The notes: generated from the sequence alone by a model not told the origin. Shown: positions 38,335 to 51,735, numbered from the whole stretch's first letter. The stretch: 63,005 nucleotides of DNA, filler included, from Chiloscyllium plagiosum (GCF_004010195.1; 4 parts of one record of this genome joined end to end with filler, not necessarily neighbours in it); one strand, 5' to 3'. Numbers and translations are program-made.

Positions 38335-38514
38335 NNNNNNNNNNNNNNNNNNNNNNNNNNNNNNNNNNNNNNNNNNNNTTAATTAATTAANNNNNNNNNN
38401 NNNNNNNNNNNNNNNNNNNNNNNNNNNNNNNNNNAGAGACATCTGGATGGGTGTATGAACAGGAAGGATTTAGAGGGATATGGGCCAAATGCTGGCAAAT
38501 GGGACTAGATTCTG

Positions 38515-40690
38515 ATTTGGAGGTACTTGTGTTGGAGTGGGTGTGCAAAGTTAAAAGGTTATGATCCAATAAGTTTATTTGGAAGCACTAGCTTTCGGAG
38601 CGCTGCTCCTTCATCAGGTGGTTGTGGAATATAAGATTGTAAGACACAGAATTTATAGCAAAAGTTTACAGTGTGATATAACAGAAATTTGTATTGAAAA
38701 AGATCCAGATGGTTTGTTAAGTCTCTCATCTTTTGGAATGAACATGTTGGTTTCAGTTCTTTCATATATATATATTGCAGAACTTTTTAAAAGTTACATT
38801 CTCAAGTGAACTTTAACAATTGGTGTCATGTCGGCCCAGATAGTGCACTGAAGGTGTGAGGTGCCCTGTGTGAGACTGTCTGTGCCACATTGTTCAGATT
38901 GATTCTAATCTAAAAAAATCAGATTTTCAGAATCTTACATGGATTCATGCAGTTTTTGAGCAAACTAAAATGTAATTCTGCAAGTGCAAATTCACCCCAC
39001 AAACATATGTGTGTGTGTTTGTGCGCATGTGTGTGGGTGTTGGGGAGCGACTTATGAGTGTCTGTGAGAGAGTGTGTGATTGTGAGTGCAAAGGGATATA
39101 GGTCTGTGAGAGGGTGTGTGTGTGTGCATGTGAGTGTGGGAGTGTACGTGTGAGCATATGAGAGAGGTCTGCTTGAGTATATGGGTCTGTAGGAATGTTT
39201 TTATAGGAGTGTGTGTGTGTAGTGCAATGGGATCACCTGTAGTGTGACATGAACCCAATGTCCCAGTTGAGGCCACTCCCATGGGTCCCGAACTTGGCTA
39301 TCAGCCTCTGCTCGATCACTTTTCATTGTTGCCTGTTCCGAAGTCCGCCTTGGAGGACGGTCACCCGAAGGTCCTAAGTCCAATGTCCCGGACCGCTGAA
39401 TGAAGCGTTCTCTGACTGGGAGGGAACACTCCTGTCTGTTGATTTTTGTGCGGTGTCCATTCATCTGTTGCTGTAGCCTCTGTTTGGTCTCGCCAATGTA
39501 CGATGCTTCAGGGCACCCTTGCCTGCAGCATATGAGATAGACAAAATTGGCTGAGTCACATGATTACCTGCCACGTACATGGTGGGAAGTGTCTCTACGC
39601 ATAATGGTGGTATCTGTCTCGACATTCAGACAGGTCGTGCAGCGTCTACCATGACAAGGTTGTATGGTATTGTTCTGAAAGCCCAGCAGTTTGCTACAAA
39701 CAATGATCTGTTTGAGGTTTGGTGGTTGTTTAAAGGCAATAAGTGGAGGTGTGGGGAAGCTCTTACCAAGGTGCTCATCCTTGATAATGTTGTTGCAGGC
39801 TGTTAAGAACATGGCGTGGTTCTTCGGCTCCTGGGAAGTACTGAACAACGAAAGGTACCCTGTCGGTTGCAACTTGTGTCTGTCTCCTGAGGAGGTCATT
39901 ACGGTTTCTTGCTGTGGCACGTCGGAACTGGCGATCGATGAGTGAGCATTGTACCCCATTCTTATGAGGGCATCCCTGAGTACTTCCAAGTGCCCGTCAC
40001 GTTCCTCCTCATCTGACCAGATCCTGTGTATGTGTAGGGTTTGTCCATAGGGGATTGTTGTTTTAATTTGTTTCGGGTGGAAGCTGGAGAAGTGGAGCAT
40101 CGTGAGGTTATCCATGAGTTTGCGGTTGAGTGAGTTGCTGAGGTGCCCATCCTTGATGGAGATGCTCAAGAATGAGACAGATCGTGGAGAGTTTGATGGT
40201 GGGATGAAAGTCATTGATATCACTGTGTAGTTGTTTCAGTGACTGCTCGCCATGGGTCCAGAGGAGGAAAATGCCATCAATGTACCTGGTGTATAGTGTT
40301 GTTTGGAGATCCTGCATAGAGAAGAAGTCTTGTTCGAACCTGTGCATGAAAATGTTGGCATATTGGGGTGCAAATGTGGTCCCCATGGCTGTTCCGTGTG
40401 TCTGGATGAAGCACAAGTTATCAAAAGTGAAAATGTTGTGGTTGAGGATAAAGCGGATGAGTTGTAGGATGGTGCTTGGAGATTGGCAGTTGTTGATGTT
40501 GAGTACTGAGGCTGTTGCCGCGATGCCATCATTGTGGGGGATGCTGGTGTAGAGTGCGGAAACATCCATTGTGACGAGGAATGTTTCTGGTTTGACTGGT
40601 CCGTAGGTGCTGAGTTTCTGTAAGAAATCTACAGTGTTGTGACAGAAGCTGGGGGTCCCTGCGCAATGGGTTCCAAGAGGCCTTCGACAT
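38515..40690 (-). mobile_element. Penelope-like element family B (RT, GIY-YIG, CA-rich 3' UTR), frameshifted
   Basis: Contains MDVSALYTSIPH, QTHGTAMGTTFAPQYANIFM, RYIDGIF, CHGRRCTTC and MNGHR. Same family as 7270-8578. Confidence 0.93.
38586..38620 (-). ncRNA. Minimal type I hammerhead ribozyme motif (family B), intact
   Basis: Minus strand reads cac CTGATGA a GGAGC agc GCTCC GAAA GC TA gtg. Confidence 0.85.
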
Positions 40691-41594
40691 GGCTTAGTTT
40701 AGGTCAGTTTCGGGTGTCTGGTTGGCATGGACGAGTCGGATTGATGGGACTGTTTCTGTGTTGTATGATTCCATGACTTCTTCAGACTCTTCTGTAGAAG
40801 AGTTAGAGTGGATCAGAAATATTCACTCTGCTTCTCTCTCCATAGATGCTGCCAGACCTGCTGAGTTCCTCCAGCATTCTCTATTTTCAAACAAAAAAAA
40901 TCGGGAATTCTGAGTCACAGGATCATGGAGTCTTACAGCTTGGAAAGAGGCCATTCATCCCATCCTGCCCTTGGTGTCACTTTGTGGAAGCTACTTAAAC
41001 AGTCACTTGCAGCCCCTCGAACCTCAGGAATGGGTCATAGAACCAAATCAGTTAAGAGACAGATCCAGACAAATAACAGAACAGGTTCAAGGGGCTGAAT
41101 GGTCTCTTCCCTACGTAGGAAGCTTGGGTGACCTTGAAACGGTACCGCAGTCCACCAACAGACAAAACTGATTCTCTGCATTTCTCAAGACATATCACAG
41201 TCTTGCTTAAGCGAGGTGGCAATCCATTTGCTTGAGCTGTGTTGGGGGTGGTAAGGTGGTGAGGGAATTTTACACCAAAAGGGTTGAGAGTCTGTGTCCG
41301 AGAATGGTGCCAGGCAGCTATTAGGCCTATACTTTGCAACTAATCAGTCGTATTATTTACTCTGGGAAGGAGTATAAGCAAAGTACAGATAAGCTCTGGA
41401 GTCTAACACTACGCCTTTGATGTCAGTTATTGGCCAGCCTATTTACTTTTGTCATTAACAGTCTTGTTTGCCTATTCAGCCACAATTGGCCGTGTTGATT
41501 TTTCCAACAGGAAGGTCTGCAGGTTATGCTTGACGTCTTAAATGGCTGAGAAACTGTCCGAGGACACTCAACAACTGCCCGGGCATGTTGCTGT

Positions 41595-42505
41595 CAGAGC
41601 TGAAAATGTGTTGCTGGAACAGCGCAGCAGGTCAGGCAGCATCCATGGAACAGGAGAATCGACGTTTCGGGCATAAGCCCTTCTTCAGGAATGAGGAAAG
41701 TGTGTCCAGCAGGCTAAGATAAAAAGTAGGGAGGAGGGACTTGGGGGAGGGGCGTTGGAAATGCGATAGGTGGAAAGAGGTCAAGGTNNNNNNNNNNNNN
41801 NNNNNNNNNNNNNNNNNNNNNNNNNNNNNNNNNNNNNNNNNNNNNNNNNNNNNNNNNNNNNNNNNNNNNNNNNNNNNNNNNNNNNNNNNNNNNNNNNNNN
41901 NNNNNNNNNNNNNNNNNNNNNNNNNNNNNNNNNNNNNNNNNNNNNNNNNNNNNNNNNNNNNNNNNNNNNNNNNNNNNNNNNNNNNNNNNNNNNNNNNNNN
42001 NNNNNNNNNNNNNNNNNNNNNNNNNNNNNNNNNNNNNNNNNNNNNNNNNNNNNNNNNNNNNNNNNNNNNNNNNNNNNNNNNNNNNNNNNNNNNNNNNNNN
42101 NNNNNNNNNNNNNNNNNNNNNNNNNNNNNNNNNNNNNNNNNNNNNNNNNNNNNNNNNNNNNNNNNNNNNNNNNNNNNNNNNNNNNNNNNNNNNNNNNNNN
42201 NNNNNNNNNNNNNNNNNNNNNNNNNNNNNNNNNNNNNNNNNNNNNNNNNNNNNNNNNNNNNNNNNNNNNNNNNNNNNNNNNNNNNNNNNNNNNNNNNNNN
42301 NNNNNNNNNNNNNNNNNNGGCGGAGGAGCGGGAAATGGAAGAGATGCGATGGAGGGCATCGTCGACCACGTCGGGGGGGGGGGTGAAATTGCGATCCTTG
42401 AAGAAGGAGGCCATCTGGGTTGTATGTTTTTGGAACTGGTCCTCCTGGGAGCAGATGCGACGGAGACGAAGGAATTGGGAGAATGGGATGGCGTTTTTAC
42501 AGGGG
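41595..42505 (-). mobile_element. PLE family A 3' part across a gap; intact HHR motif at 41657-41692
   Basis: KNAIPFSQFLRLRRICSQE-type sequence at 42319-42505. attc CTGAAGA a GGGC ttat GCCC GAAA CG TC gatt. Confidence 0.85.
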
Positions 42506-43259
42506 GCGCTGTCACTCAGTTGTGTCTTGTCTCCATGGTGGAAAGCTCCACAGTGAGGCTCAACAATATCGGACTCTACCCCCGATCACCTCTGAGCATG
42601 TAATCAAGAAATGATTACACTCAGCTGGGCCGGGCTGGGAAAATTCAAGCCATGAATTGTAATCATAATGTTTTCAGGGTGTAGAGGGGTCATTTTGTTG
42701 CATCAAAATCTCTGTGGCGATGATGGTACAGTAGGTCTGCTACTGCATTTGTAATCCTGGGCCAATACTCTTGAAGCTGAGGACTCAAATAGAGAGGCTG
42801 TTTTCACTGGAGCGTTGGAGGCTGACGGGTGACCTTATGGAAGTTTATATAATCAGAAGAGGCATGGATAAGGTGAATAGCTAAGATCTTTTCCTGAGGG
42901 TATGGGAGTCCAGAATTAGGGGGTATAGGTTTAAGGTGAGAGGGGAATCTGTCACCTTTACCTAGTCTGGTCTGCACGTGATTCCAGACCCACAACAATG
43001 TCATTGACTCTGAACTGCCCTCTAGACCAACAAGGCCCACGTTCTATGAGTGAATACAAAGAAAAGGGGTTCAGTTTCAAAGCATTACACAACTAGATGC
43101 TCAAGTTAGTCATAGCATCATAGAATCGTAGGGATGTACAGCGCAGAGAAAGGCCCTTCAGCCCATTGCAACCATGCCAGTCAATGACAACCACCTAACT
43201 ATCCTAATCCTAAATTGATGTCATTTTTAACAATTGGGAGCAAGCTCTTCCCAATCCCA

Positions 43260-43840
43260 AGACAGCACACCAGTGCCTTTACTTCCCCAAGAGGCTAAGG
43301 AAATTCAGCATGGCCATAAGGACCCTGACCAATGTTTATGGATGCAGTACAGAAAACATCCGATCTGGATGTATCACGGTGTGTTATGGCAAGTGCTCAT
43401 CCCAAGACCGTAAGACATTACCAAGAGTTGGACCCCAGGACGACTGCAAACTAACCTTCCAACCACTGACTCCATCTACACTTCCCACTGCCTTGGGAAA
43501 GGCAGCCAACATCATCAAAGACCTCTCCTGCCCCAGTTATAATCTCTTCCAATCCCTTCCATCAGGCAGAAAATACAAAATCTTCAATGCACGGACCAAC
43601 AGATTCAAGATCAGCTTCTTCTCCGCTGTTATTCGACTTCTGAATGGACCACTCCAATTTCAAATTTCATGTTGACCTCACTCTCTGTGCACCTTCTCTA
43701 AGCCATAACATTGTATTTCTTACTCTGTTCAATCACCCTCTGATCTTTGTACGGTATGATCTGCCTTACGACACACAGAACAAAATGTTTCACTGTACCT
43801 AGGTACATGCAACAATAATAAATAATATGAAATCAAATCA
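43260..43840 (+). mobile_element. Rex1/Babar-type LINE 3' end
   Basis: TLTNVYGCSTENIRSGCITVCYG and ANIIKDLSCPSYNLFQSLPSGRKY. Ends with aataaataa. Confidence 0.8.
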
Positions 43841-44123
43841 ATTGTTAATGTCAATGCTGTCCACTGCAAGTAGAGCTTTGTGCTGTTTATATTTCAGAGT
43901 GTTTCCTGTATTCCTCAGGACCCTTGCCCATACGAGAGTTGAGACAACAGCACCTGATGGCAAAGGTGCTTTCCAGTTACCCAGAGCGTCCACTCCACCC
44001 TAGGTGACTTTTCAGGAATTTTGCATGTATTTTTGTGGAACTGACTGCAAAGAGGGCAAAAATCACACTCCACTGGGTAATTAGGAATGAGCCTAAGATC
44101 TGGCACCACCCACTACCAGCCAA

Positions 44124-44150
44124 CACACACACTCTCACATACAAACATTG

Positions 44151-44181
<31 letters not shown>

Positions 44182-45032
44182 TACAATCACACACACACAC
44201 ACTCTCTTACTCACACACACATACATTCTCTCTCTCTCACATACACACACATACACTCACACTCTTACTCTCACACACACGGACTCACACACACACACAC
44301 NNNNNNNNNNNNNNNNNNNNNNNNNNNNNNNNNNNNNNNNNNNNNNNNNNNNNNNNNNNNNNNNNNNNNNNNNNNNNNNNNNNNNNNNNNNNNNNNNNNN
44401 NNNNNNNNNNNNNNNNNNNNNNNNNNNNNNNNNNNNNNNNNNNNNNNNNNNNNNNNNNNNNNNNNNNNNNNNNNNNNNNNNNNNNNNNNNNNNNNNNNNN
44501 NNNNNNNNNNNNNNNNNNNNNNNNNNNNNNNNNNNNNNNNNNNNNNNNNNNNNNNNNNNNNNNNNNNNNNNNNNNNNNNNNNNNNNNNNNNNNNNNNNNN
44601 NNNNNNNNNNNNNNNNNNNNNNNNNNNNNNNNNNNNNNNNNNNNNNNNNNNNNNNNNNNNNNNNNNNNNNNNNNNNNNNNNNNNNNNNNNNNNNNNNNNN
44701 NNNNNNNNNNNNNNNNNNNNNNNNNNNNNNNNNNNNNNNNNNNNNNNNNNNNNNNNNNNNNNNNNNNNNNNNNNNNNNNNNNNNNNNNNNNNNNNNNNNN
44801 NNNNNNNNNNNNNNNNNNNNNNNNNNNNNNNNNNNNNNNNNNNNNNNNNNNNNNNNNNNNNNNNNNNNNNNNNNNNNNNNNNNNNNNNNNNNNNNNNNNN
44901 NNNNNNNNNNNNNNNNNNNNNNNNNNNNNNNNNNNNNNNNNNNNNNNNNNNNNNNNNNNNNNNNNNNNNNNNNNNNNNNNNNNNNNNNNNNNNNNNNNNN
45001 NNNNNNNNNNNNNNNNNNNNNNNNNNNNNNNN

Positions 45033-45064
<32 letters not shown>

Positions 45065-45120
45065 TTTCTCTCTTTCTCTCTCACACGCACACACATTCTC
45101 TCTCTCTCACACACACACAT

Positions 45121-45154
<34 letters not shown>

Positions 45155-45220
45155 TTTCTCTCTTTCTCTCTCACACGCACACACATTCTCTCTCTCTCAC
45201 ACACACACATTCTCTCTCTT
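44124..45220. repeat. Compound (CA)n/(CT)n microsatellite spanning a gap
   Basis: Directly visible. Confidence 0.95.
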
Positions 45221-47064
45221 TCTGCAGGTTTAACATTGTCAGTCAGTGATCCCTGGGAACTGGTAGAGATCAGAAAATTAACACAAGAAATGACTTCAGC
45301 TGCCAACAAGAGATAAAATGTCTTAGAATCATTGAGTCTAGATCAGTGATAACATTTGATAGCCTTTGAGTATCTTCCTTCAAATCTCTGATGGTCAGGA
45401 GCACAACCTTCATGTCTTGGCTAATTAGCAGTTTGAGGGACGCCTCTGGCTTTGTGTCTCTCACTTTTATCCAGTATCACTTTCTCTCAATCTCCGCTGC
45501 TCCTAGTTGTTGTTTGCATGTACAGCAATGATAAATTAGGTCCTTTGTGGCCTTGCTCCTGATGCCTGTATTGTTTTAATTTACATTTCATCTTCGTTGG
45601 CCCAGTTTGGCATCTTTTTTGTCCTCGATTCAGAGCGAGATGATTTGCAAGACCATGGAGAGAGAGAGAGAGAATCTCACTGAGCAGACTGATTCCCAAG
45701 CTTTAGATCTTTGGGATTGGACAGCAGGACATTCACAGGGAAATGGGACCAGGAAGAGCAGGATTCACTTTCCTTGGTTTTGCATTTTGTCTGCTGCCGC
45801 TCTGCCTCATTATTTCGGTATTTGCATTCAAAGCTTGATGGACAGGTTGATTTTTTTTTTAACCATTGGGAGCTAAATCATCCCTGATCATAACCATCAA
45901 TGTCTCATGCTGAGAAGCAGAAAGGAAGCGTATTATTGAAGTAGTGATATAGTTGGAAATATGAATGTACAAAGGGACCTGACTGTACTTTTACAATGGT
46001 CAATGAAAGTGAACAGTGTGAAGATTAGAGTGGTGCTGCAAAGTGAAGCTGGAAGCTTCAATGAATCTCAGTGTCATTTTCTCTATTTCCCCCCAAAACC
46101 CTGACATTTTGAGAATTAAGAAACTAAGACCTCATGGGAGAGGTGCTCTTTCAAAGAATTTGAACAGTATCAACAGTCCCAGTAGCCTTCTTCTGTTGAT
46201 GTGTGTATCTATGATCCTAGAGCTTAAACCTTCTTGTCTTCACAGGTGTGTGTCAATATCTGGAAGGTACATATTAGTGGTGGCAATGATTAAACCTTAC
46301 GCTGAATTTGAGTGCTAAGTACTGTCCCTTGGAATTAAATCAAAAATCTTAGTGATGAGATATAACCTTTTGTTATAAAGGTCTCGCATGAAATTGGGCT
46401 CGAAAAATATTGGAGTGGCTGGATACGGCCATTAGAAATGTTAGGCAACACCAGATGGATGATCATTACATTGGTGTACAATTGGGGGCATCCATACCTC
46501 AATGCAGAGTGCAGAGTGCTCAAACTAGGAGCAGGAGGGGACCATTCAGCCCTTCAAATCTGCTCTTCTATTCAATCTGATCATGGCCACTCCTCTATAC
46601 TAATGCCATATTCCCACTTTCTTTCCATGCTCATTCAACCCTTTAATAGCCAAAAAATCTGTCAATCACTTTCTTGAAAATAATCAGTCAATCCTCATCT
46701 TCCACAGTGGTGGACAATTCAACACGGTCACCATCCTCTGACTAAAGGAATGTTTCCTCATCTCAGCCCTAAATGGTCCATCCCGCATCCTGAGACTATG
46801 TCCTCTGGTTCTAGACTCCCCAGTCAGGAGTCCTGGAAAATATCCTCCCTGCATCAGACCCTCTTTCCTTCCTTTAAGCTCTAGTGAATGCAGGCCCAGT
46901 CAAACCAATCTCTCCTCATAGGAAAAACCTATAATCTCCAATGAATCTCCACTGCACACCTAGGGAGGCCAAAACTGCACGCAACCCTCCAGGTGTGGCT
47001 TCACCAAGGCCCTGTATAACTGTAGTAAGACATGGTCCTTCAGAACCCAAATCCTCTTGCTGTG

Positions 47065-47275
47065 AGAGAAAGTGAGGACTGCAGATGCTGGAGATCAGCA
47101 TCAAGAGTGGGGTGCTGGAAAAGCACAGCACGTCAGGCAGCATCTGAGGATCAGGAGAATCAATATTTCGGGGAATTAGCCCTTCTTGATGAAAGGATTT
47201 TGCCTGAAACGTGGATTCTCCTGCTCCTCGGATGCTATCTGACCTGCTGTGCTTTTCCAGCACCACTCTAATCTT
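47065..47275. mobile_element. PLE family A fold-back mini-element, degenerate
   Basis: Inverted arms ggtgctggaaaagcacagca / tgctgtgcttttccagcacc. Confidence 0.82.
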
Positions 47276-47693
47276 CATACTGTTCACTTTCATTGACCAT
47301 TGTAAAAGTACAGTCAGGTCCCTTTGTACACTCACGTTTCCCACTATATCAACACTTTAATAATACTCTGCCTTTCTGCTTTTCACACTGAAGTATATAA
47401 CTTTATATTTATGCACATTGTGCTACAGCTGCCATGTGTTTGCCCATTCACCCAACTTGTCAAGATAGTCCTGAACCCTCCCCACAACTCACAATCCCAT
47501 TTGGTTTTGTCATCAGCAAATTTGGAATGGTTACATTTGGTTTCCCTGGTTATTTCCACACATCGTGAATAGTTGGAGCCCAAGCACTGTTCCTTATGGG
47601 ACTCCACTAGTCACTGCCTGATACCTGGAAAAAGCCCTATTTATTCCCACATTCTGTTTCCTGTCTATCAACCAATTCCCAATCCAATCAATC

Positions 47694-47810
47694 AGTTCTG
47701 AATGAGGGTCACGGGACCTGAAATGTTAACTCCAATTTCTCTCCACAGATGCTGAGTTTTTCCAGCAATTTCTGTTTTTGTTTCTGATTTCCAGCATCTG
47801 CACTTTTCCT
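47694..47810 (+). mobile_element. Family C terminus with HHR-like motif at 47694-47731
   Basis: agtt CTGAaTGA GGGTC acgg GACCT GAAA TG TT aact, with stem I agtt/aact. Confidence 0.62.
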
Positions 47811-48362
47811 TTGCAATCCATGCCAATATATTACTCCTTATCCCGAATATATTGCTCACTCTTGCTCACTAGACTCCTACATGGGCTGAGTCAAAAGCCT
47901 TCTTGAAATCTAAATACACCACATTCACTGTTCTCCTTTATCTATTTTACTAATTATATTCTTGACACACTCTTGCAGTTTATTTAAACATGATTCCCCT
48001 TACAATCTATGCAGATTTTTCCTCATAATGATCCCATTTATACATTCCACACATTTTCAGTTAAATCTTTTATAATAGACTCGAGAATTTTCCTTATTAC
48101 TAATGTTCGGCTCACTGGTTTATAATTCATGCCTTTTTTCCTTTCTCAGTCTCGCTTTTTAAAAAGTGAGGTTACAATTGTCACCTTCCAACTGCAAGAA
48201 CTTCTCCACCACTTGTAGAACTTTGAAAGTTGATCCCCAATGCATCCAATATTTTCAGGGCGAAATCTTTAAGTTCTCTGGGATATACATTACCAGGACC
48301 TGGGATTTGTTAGCCCTTAACCCTGTTAATTTATTTAGCACCAATTATTTTTAACTACTACT

Positions 48363-48579
48363 TGAAATAACTCAACAGCGGCTAGTATCCTGTCACCAAG
48401 TCACCCTTTACTTACACGCGGAGAGTCCTTGACACTGATCCAGCTCCCTCAGAGCCAGCTCTCAGAGTGAGCAGAACCCCTGTTTATATCTGTCAGCCAG
48501 GGCTCCCTGAGTGGACCAGATAAACAGCCTTAATCAGGGAACTCGTACTCAATGAGGTCCCCCGGCTGACCACGTTACA
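48363..48579. mobile_element. Possible short solo LTR
   Basis: A TG...TTACA-bounded block interrupts the old CR1. No convincing TSD. Confidence 0.35.
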
Positions 48580-48879
48580 ATAATTATAGCCCTGATTTTC
48601 CTCAAATACTCACGCTTGGCTCCCTAACATTTTCAGGAAACTATTTGTGTCCTTTCTTGTGAAGGCAGAACACCGTTATGTGTTCAATTCTTCTGCCATT
48701 TATTCGTTCCCCATTATTATTTCCATTATCATCTCCCCATTATTATCATTTATGATGGTAAAGGAACTATATTTGACATTGTTAATCTTTTCTAATTCAC
48801 TCATTTATAGAAGCTTTTACAGTCTGTGTCTGTGTTCCCTGCAAGATTATTCTCATACTTTGTTGAAAGACATCATGTC

Positions 48880-49605
48880 ATTGAGACATAGAGATGTACA
48901 GCATGGAAACAGACCCTTCGGTCCAACTCATCCATGCCAACCTAAATTAATTTAGTCCCATTTGCCAGCACATGGTCCATATCCCTCTAAACCCTTCCTA
49001 TTCATATACCCATCCAGATACCTTTTAAATTTTGCAATTGTACCAGCCTCCACCACTTCTTCTGGCAGTTCATTCCATACACATACCACCCTCTGTGTGA
49101 AAAAGTTGCTCCTTTATATATCTTTCCCCTCTCACCCTAAACCTATGTCCTCTAGTTCTGGACTCCCCCACCTCAGGGAAACGACCTTGTCTATTTATCC
49201 TATCCATGCCTCTCATGATTTTATAACCTCAATAAGGTCACTCCTCAGCCTCTGATGCTCCAGGGAAAACAGCCCCAGCCTGTTCAGTCTGTCCCTATAG
49301 CTAAAACCCTCCAACCCTGGCAACATCCTTACAAATCTTTTCTGAATCCTTTCAGGTTTCACAACACCCTTCCAATAGGAACAAGACCAGAATTGCATGC
49401 AATATTCTAAAAGTTTGGAATATATTCCAAATATTCCAAACCAATGCCCTGTACAACCTCAACGTGACCTCCCAACTTCTATACTCAATATTCTGACCAA
49501 TAAAGGAAAGCATACCAAATGCCTTCTTCACTATCCTATCTACCTGAGACTCCACTTTCAAGGAGCTATGAACCTGCACTCCAAGGTCTCTTTATTCAGC
49601 AACAC
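48880..49605 (-). mobile_element. CR1 3' fragment
   Basis: QVHSSLKVESQVDRIVKKAFGML and RLRSDLIEV. Confidence 0.9.
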
Positions 49606-49758
49606 TTAATGTTAAATACCCAGTCTTGATCAATCTTTTTGTCTTCTTTTGCTCAATTCTAAATTGCTCCCATTCCTCAGGCTTGCTGCTTTTTCTGATA
49701 ATTTTATGTGCCTCCTCTTTGGATCTGCTATTTCTTATTTCTTTTGTAAGCCATGGTT

Positions 49759-51735
49759 GAGAGTCAGAAAGCGTGGTGCTGGAAAAGCATCCAAGGACCA
49801 GGAGGGTCGACGTTCCGAGCGCAAGCTCATCATCAGGAATGTGAGGGAGGCTCAAGGGGCTGAGAGATAAATGGGAGGGGAGTTGGGCCTGGGGAGAAGG
49901 TAGCTGGGAATGTGATGGGTAGATGGAGGTGGGAGGTGATGGTGATAGGTCGGAATGGAGCATAGAGCGGATAGGTGGAAGGAGGATGGACAGGTAGGAT
50001 AGGTCAACAGGGCAGTGCCAAATTGGAGGTTTTAGATTTTGGAAGAGGTTGGGGGGAGGGCAGGGGAAATGAGGAAACTGGTGAAATCGACATTGATGCT
50101 GTGTAGTTAGAGGGTACCAAGGCGGAAGATGATGCGTTCTTCCTCCAGGCATTGGGTGGCTAGAATCTGGCGGTGGAGGAGGCCCAGGACTTGCATGTCT
50201 TTGACAGAGTAGGAGGGGGAGGTGAAGTGGTCGACCACAGGGCGGTGGGGTTGGTTGGTGTGTGCCTCCCAGAGATGTTCTCTGAAATGTTCTGCAAGTT
50301 GGCGTCCTGCCTCCTCAAAGAGACCACTTTGGGAGCAGCGGATACAGTAAATGACATGTGTAGAAGTGCAGGTAAGTCTGTTGGATGTGGAAGGCTTCTT
50401 TGGGGCTGTGGCTGTAGGTGAGGGGGGTGAGGTGTGTCTGCAGGTTTTACACTTCCTGCGATGGCAGGCCAAGGTGCCAGGAGTGGAAGGTGGGTTGGTG
50501 GGGGGAATGGACCTCACGAGGAAGTTGTGGAGGGAATGGTCTCTGCGAACGCAGATGGGGCAGAAATGGCGGAGGATGATGAGTTATATCTGGAGGTTGG
50601 TGGAGTGGAAGATGAGGTCTGAGATTGAAGGGGTGGGGTTCAAGAGTAGCGGTGCAGGAAGTGGAGGAGATGTGCTGGAGGGCATCGTCAACCACGTGGG
50701 AGGGAAAATTGCGGTTCTTGCAAAAGGAGGTTACCTGGGATGTACTTTGGAGGAATTGGTCCTCCTGGGAGCAGTTACAACGGAGATGGAGGAATTAGGA
50801 GTAAGGCATGGAGGTTTCACAAGAGGTAGGATGGGAGGAGGTTTAGTCCAGGTAACTGTGGGAGTTGGTGGGTCTGAATTAGATATCCGTGTTGAGTCTG
50901 TCACCGGAAATGGAGATGGAGAGGCCCAGGAAGGGCAGGGAGGTGTCCGAGATGGTCTAGGTGAACGTGAGGTGAAGGTGGAAGGTGTTCGTGAAGTTGA
51001 TGAACTGTTCAACCTCCTTGTGGGAGCATGAGGTGGCGCCGATACAGTCATCAATGTAGCGGTGGAAAAGGTGAGGAATGGTGTTTGCGTAACTGTTCCA
51101 CGTACCTGACGAAGAAGCAGGCATAGCTGGGACCCATGCGGGTGCCCATGACTACCCCGTTGGTCTGAAAGAAGTGGGAGGATTCGAAGGAGAAATTGTT
51201 GAGGGTGAGGACCAGTTCAGCCAATCGAATGAATGTGTCTGTGGAAGGGCACTGGTTGGGTCGGTGGGATAGGATGAAATGGAGGGCTTGGAGGCCTTTG
51301 TCATGGCAGATGGATGTGTACAGGTACTGAATGTCTATGCTGAAGATGAGGTATTGGGGACCATGAAACCAAAGGTCATGGAGAAGGTGGTGAGTGTGGC
51401 TGGTGTCCTGAATGCATGTGGGGAATTCCTGGACCAAGGGGGACAGGATGGTGTCAAGCTATCGGAGATAGGTTCGGTGGGGCAGGAGCAGGCTGAGACA
51501 ATGTGTCGACCAGGGCATTCAGGTTTGTGAAATTTGGGTAAGAGGTTGAACCAGGCAAATGGGGGCTTCTTGAACTATGAGGATGGAGGCTGTGGATGGG
51601 AGATCCCCAGAGGTGATGAGGTTGTGTATGATCTTGGAGATGCTGGTTTGGTGATGGGAGGAGGGGTCGTGGTCGAGAGGGCGTTAGGAGTGGCCACCAA
51701 TTGGTGCCTGGCTTCAGCAGTGTACAGGCTGGTGC
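49759..51735 (-). mobile_element. Penelope-like element family A, decayed RT and GIY-YIG with HHR-bearing 3' end
   Basis: Contains DIQYLYTSICH, GVVMGTRMGPSYA, CHRRKCKTC, VIYCIRC, FREHL and EERIIFRLGTL. HHR variant at 49806-49840 with stem II GAGC/GCTC. Confidence 0.93.

Larger units (their letters stand above)
46520..48340 (-). mobile_element. Old CR1 fragment with PLE mini-element inserts
   Basis: SKFADDK and VQRDL motifs. Degraded tail near 46530. Confidence 0.7.

Noticed and set aside
41632..45316. Long 240-409 aa ORFs
   Set aside because: They read through N gaps and CA/CT microsatellite.
50351..51031. 226-aa plus-strand ORF
   Set aside because: It is the antisense shadow of the PLE RT region.
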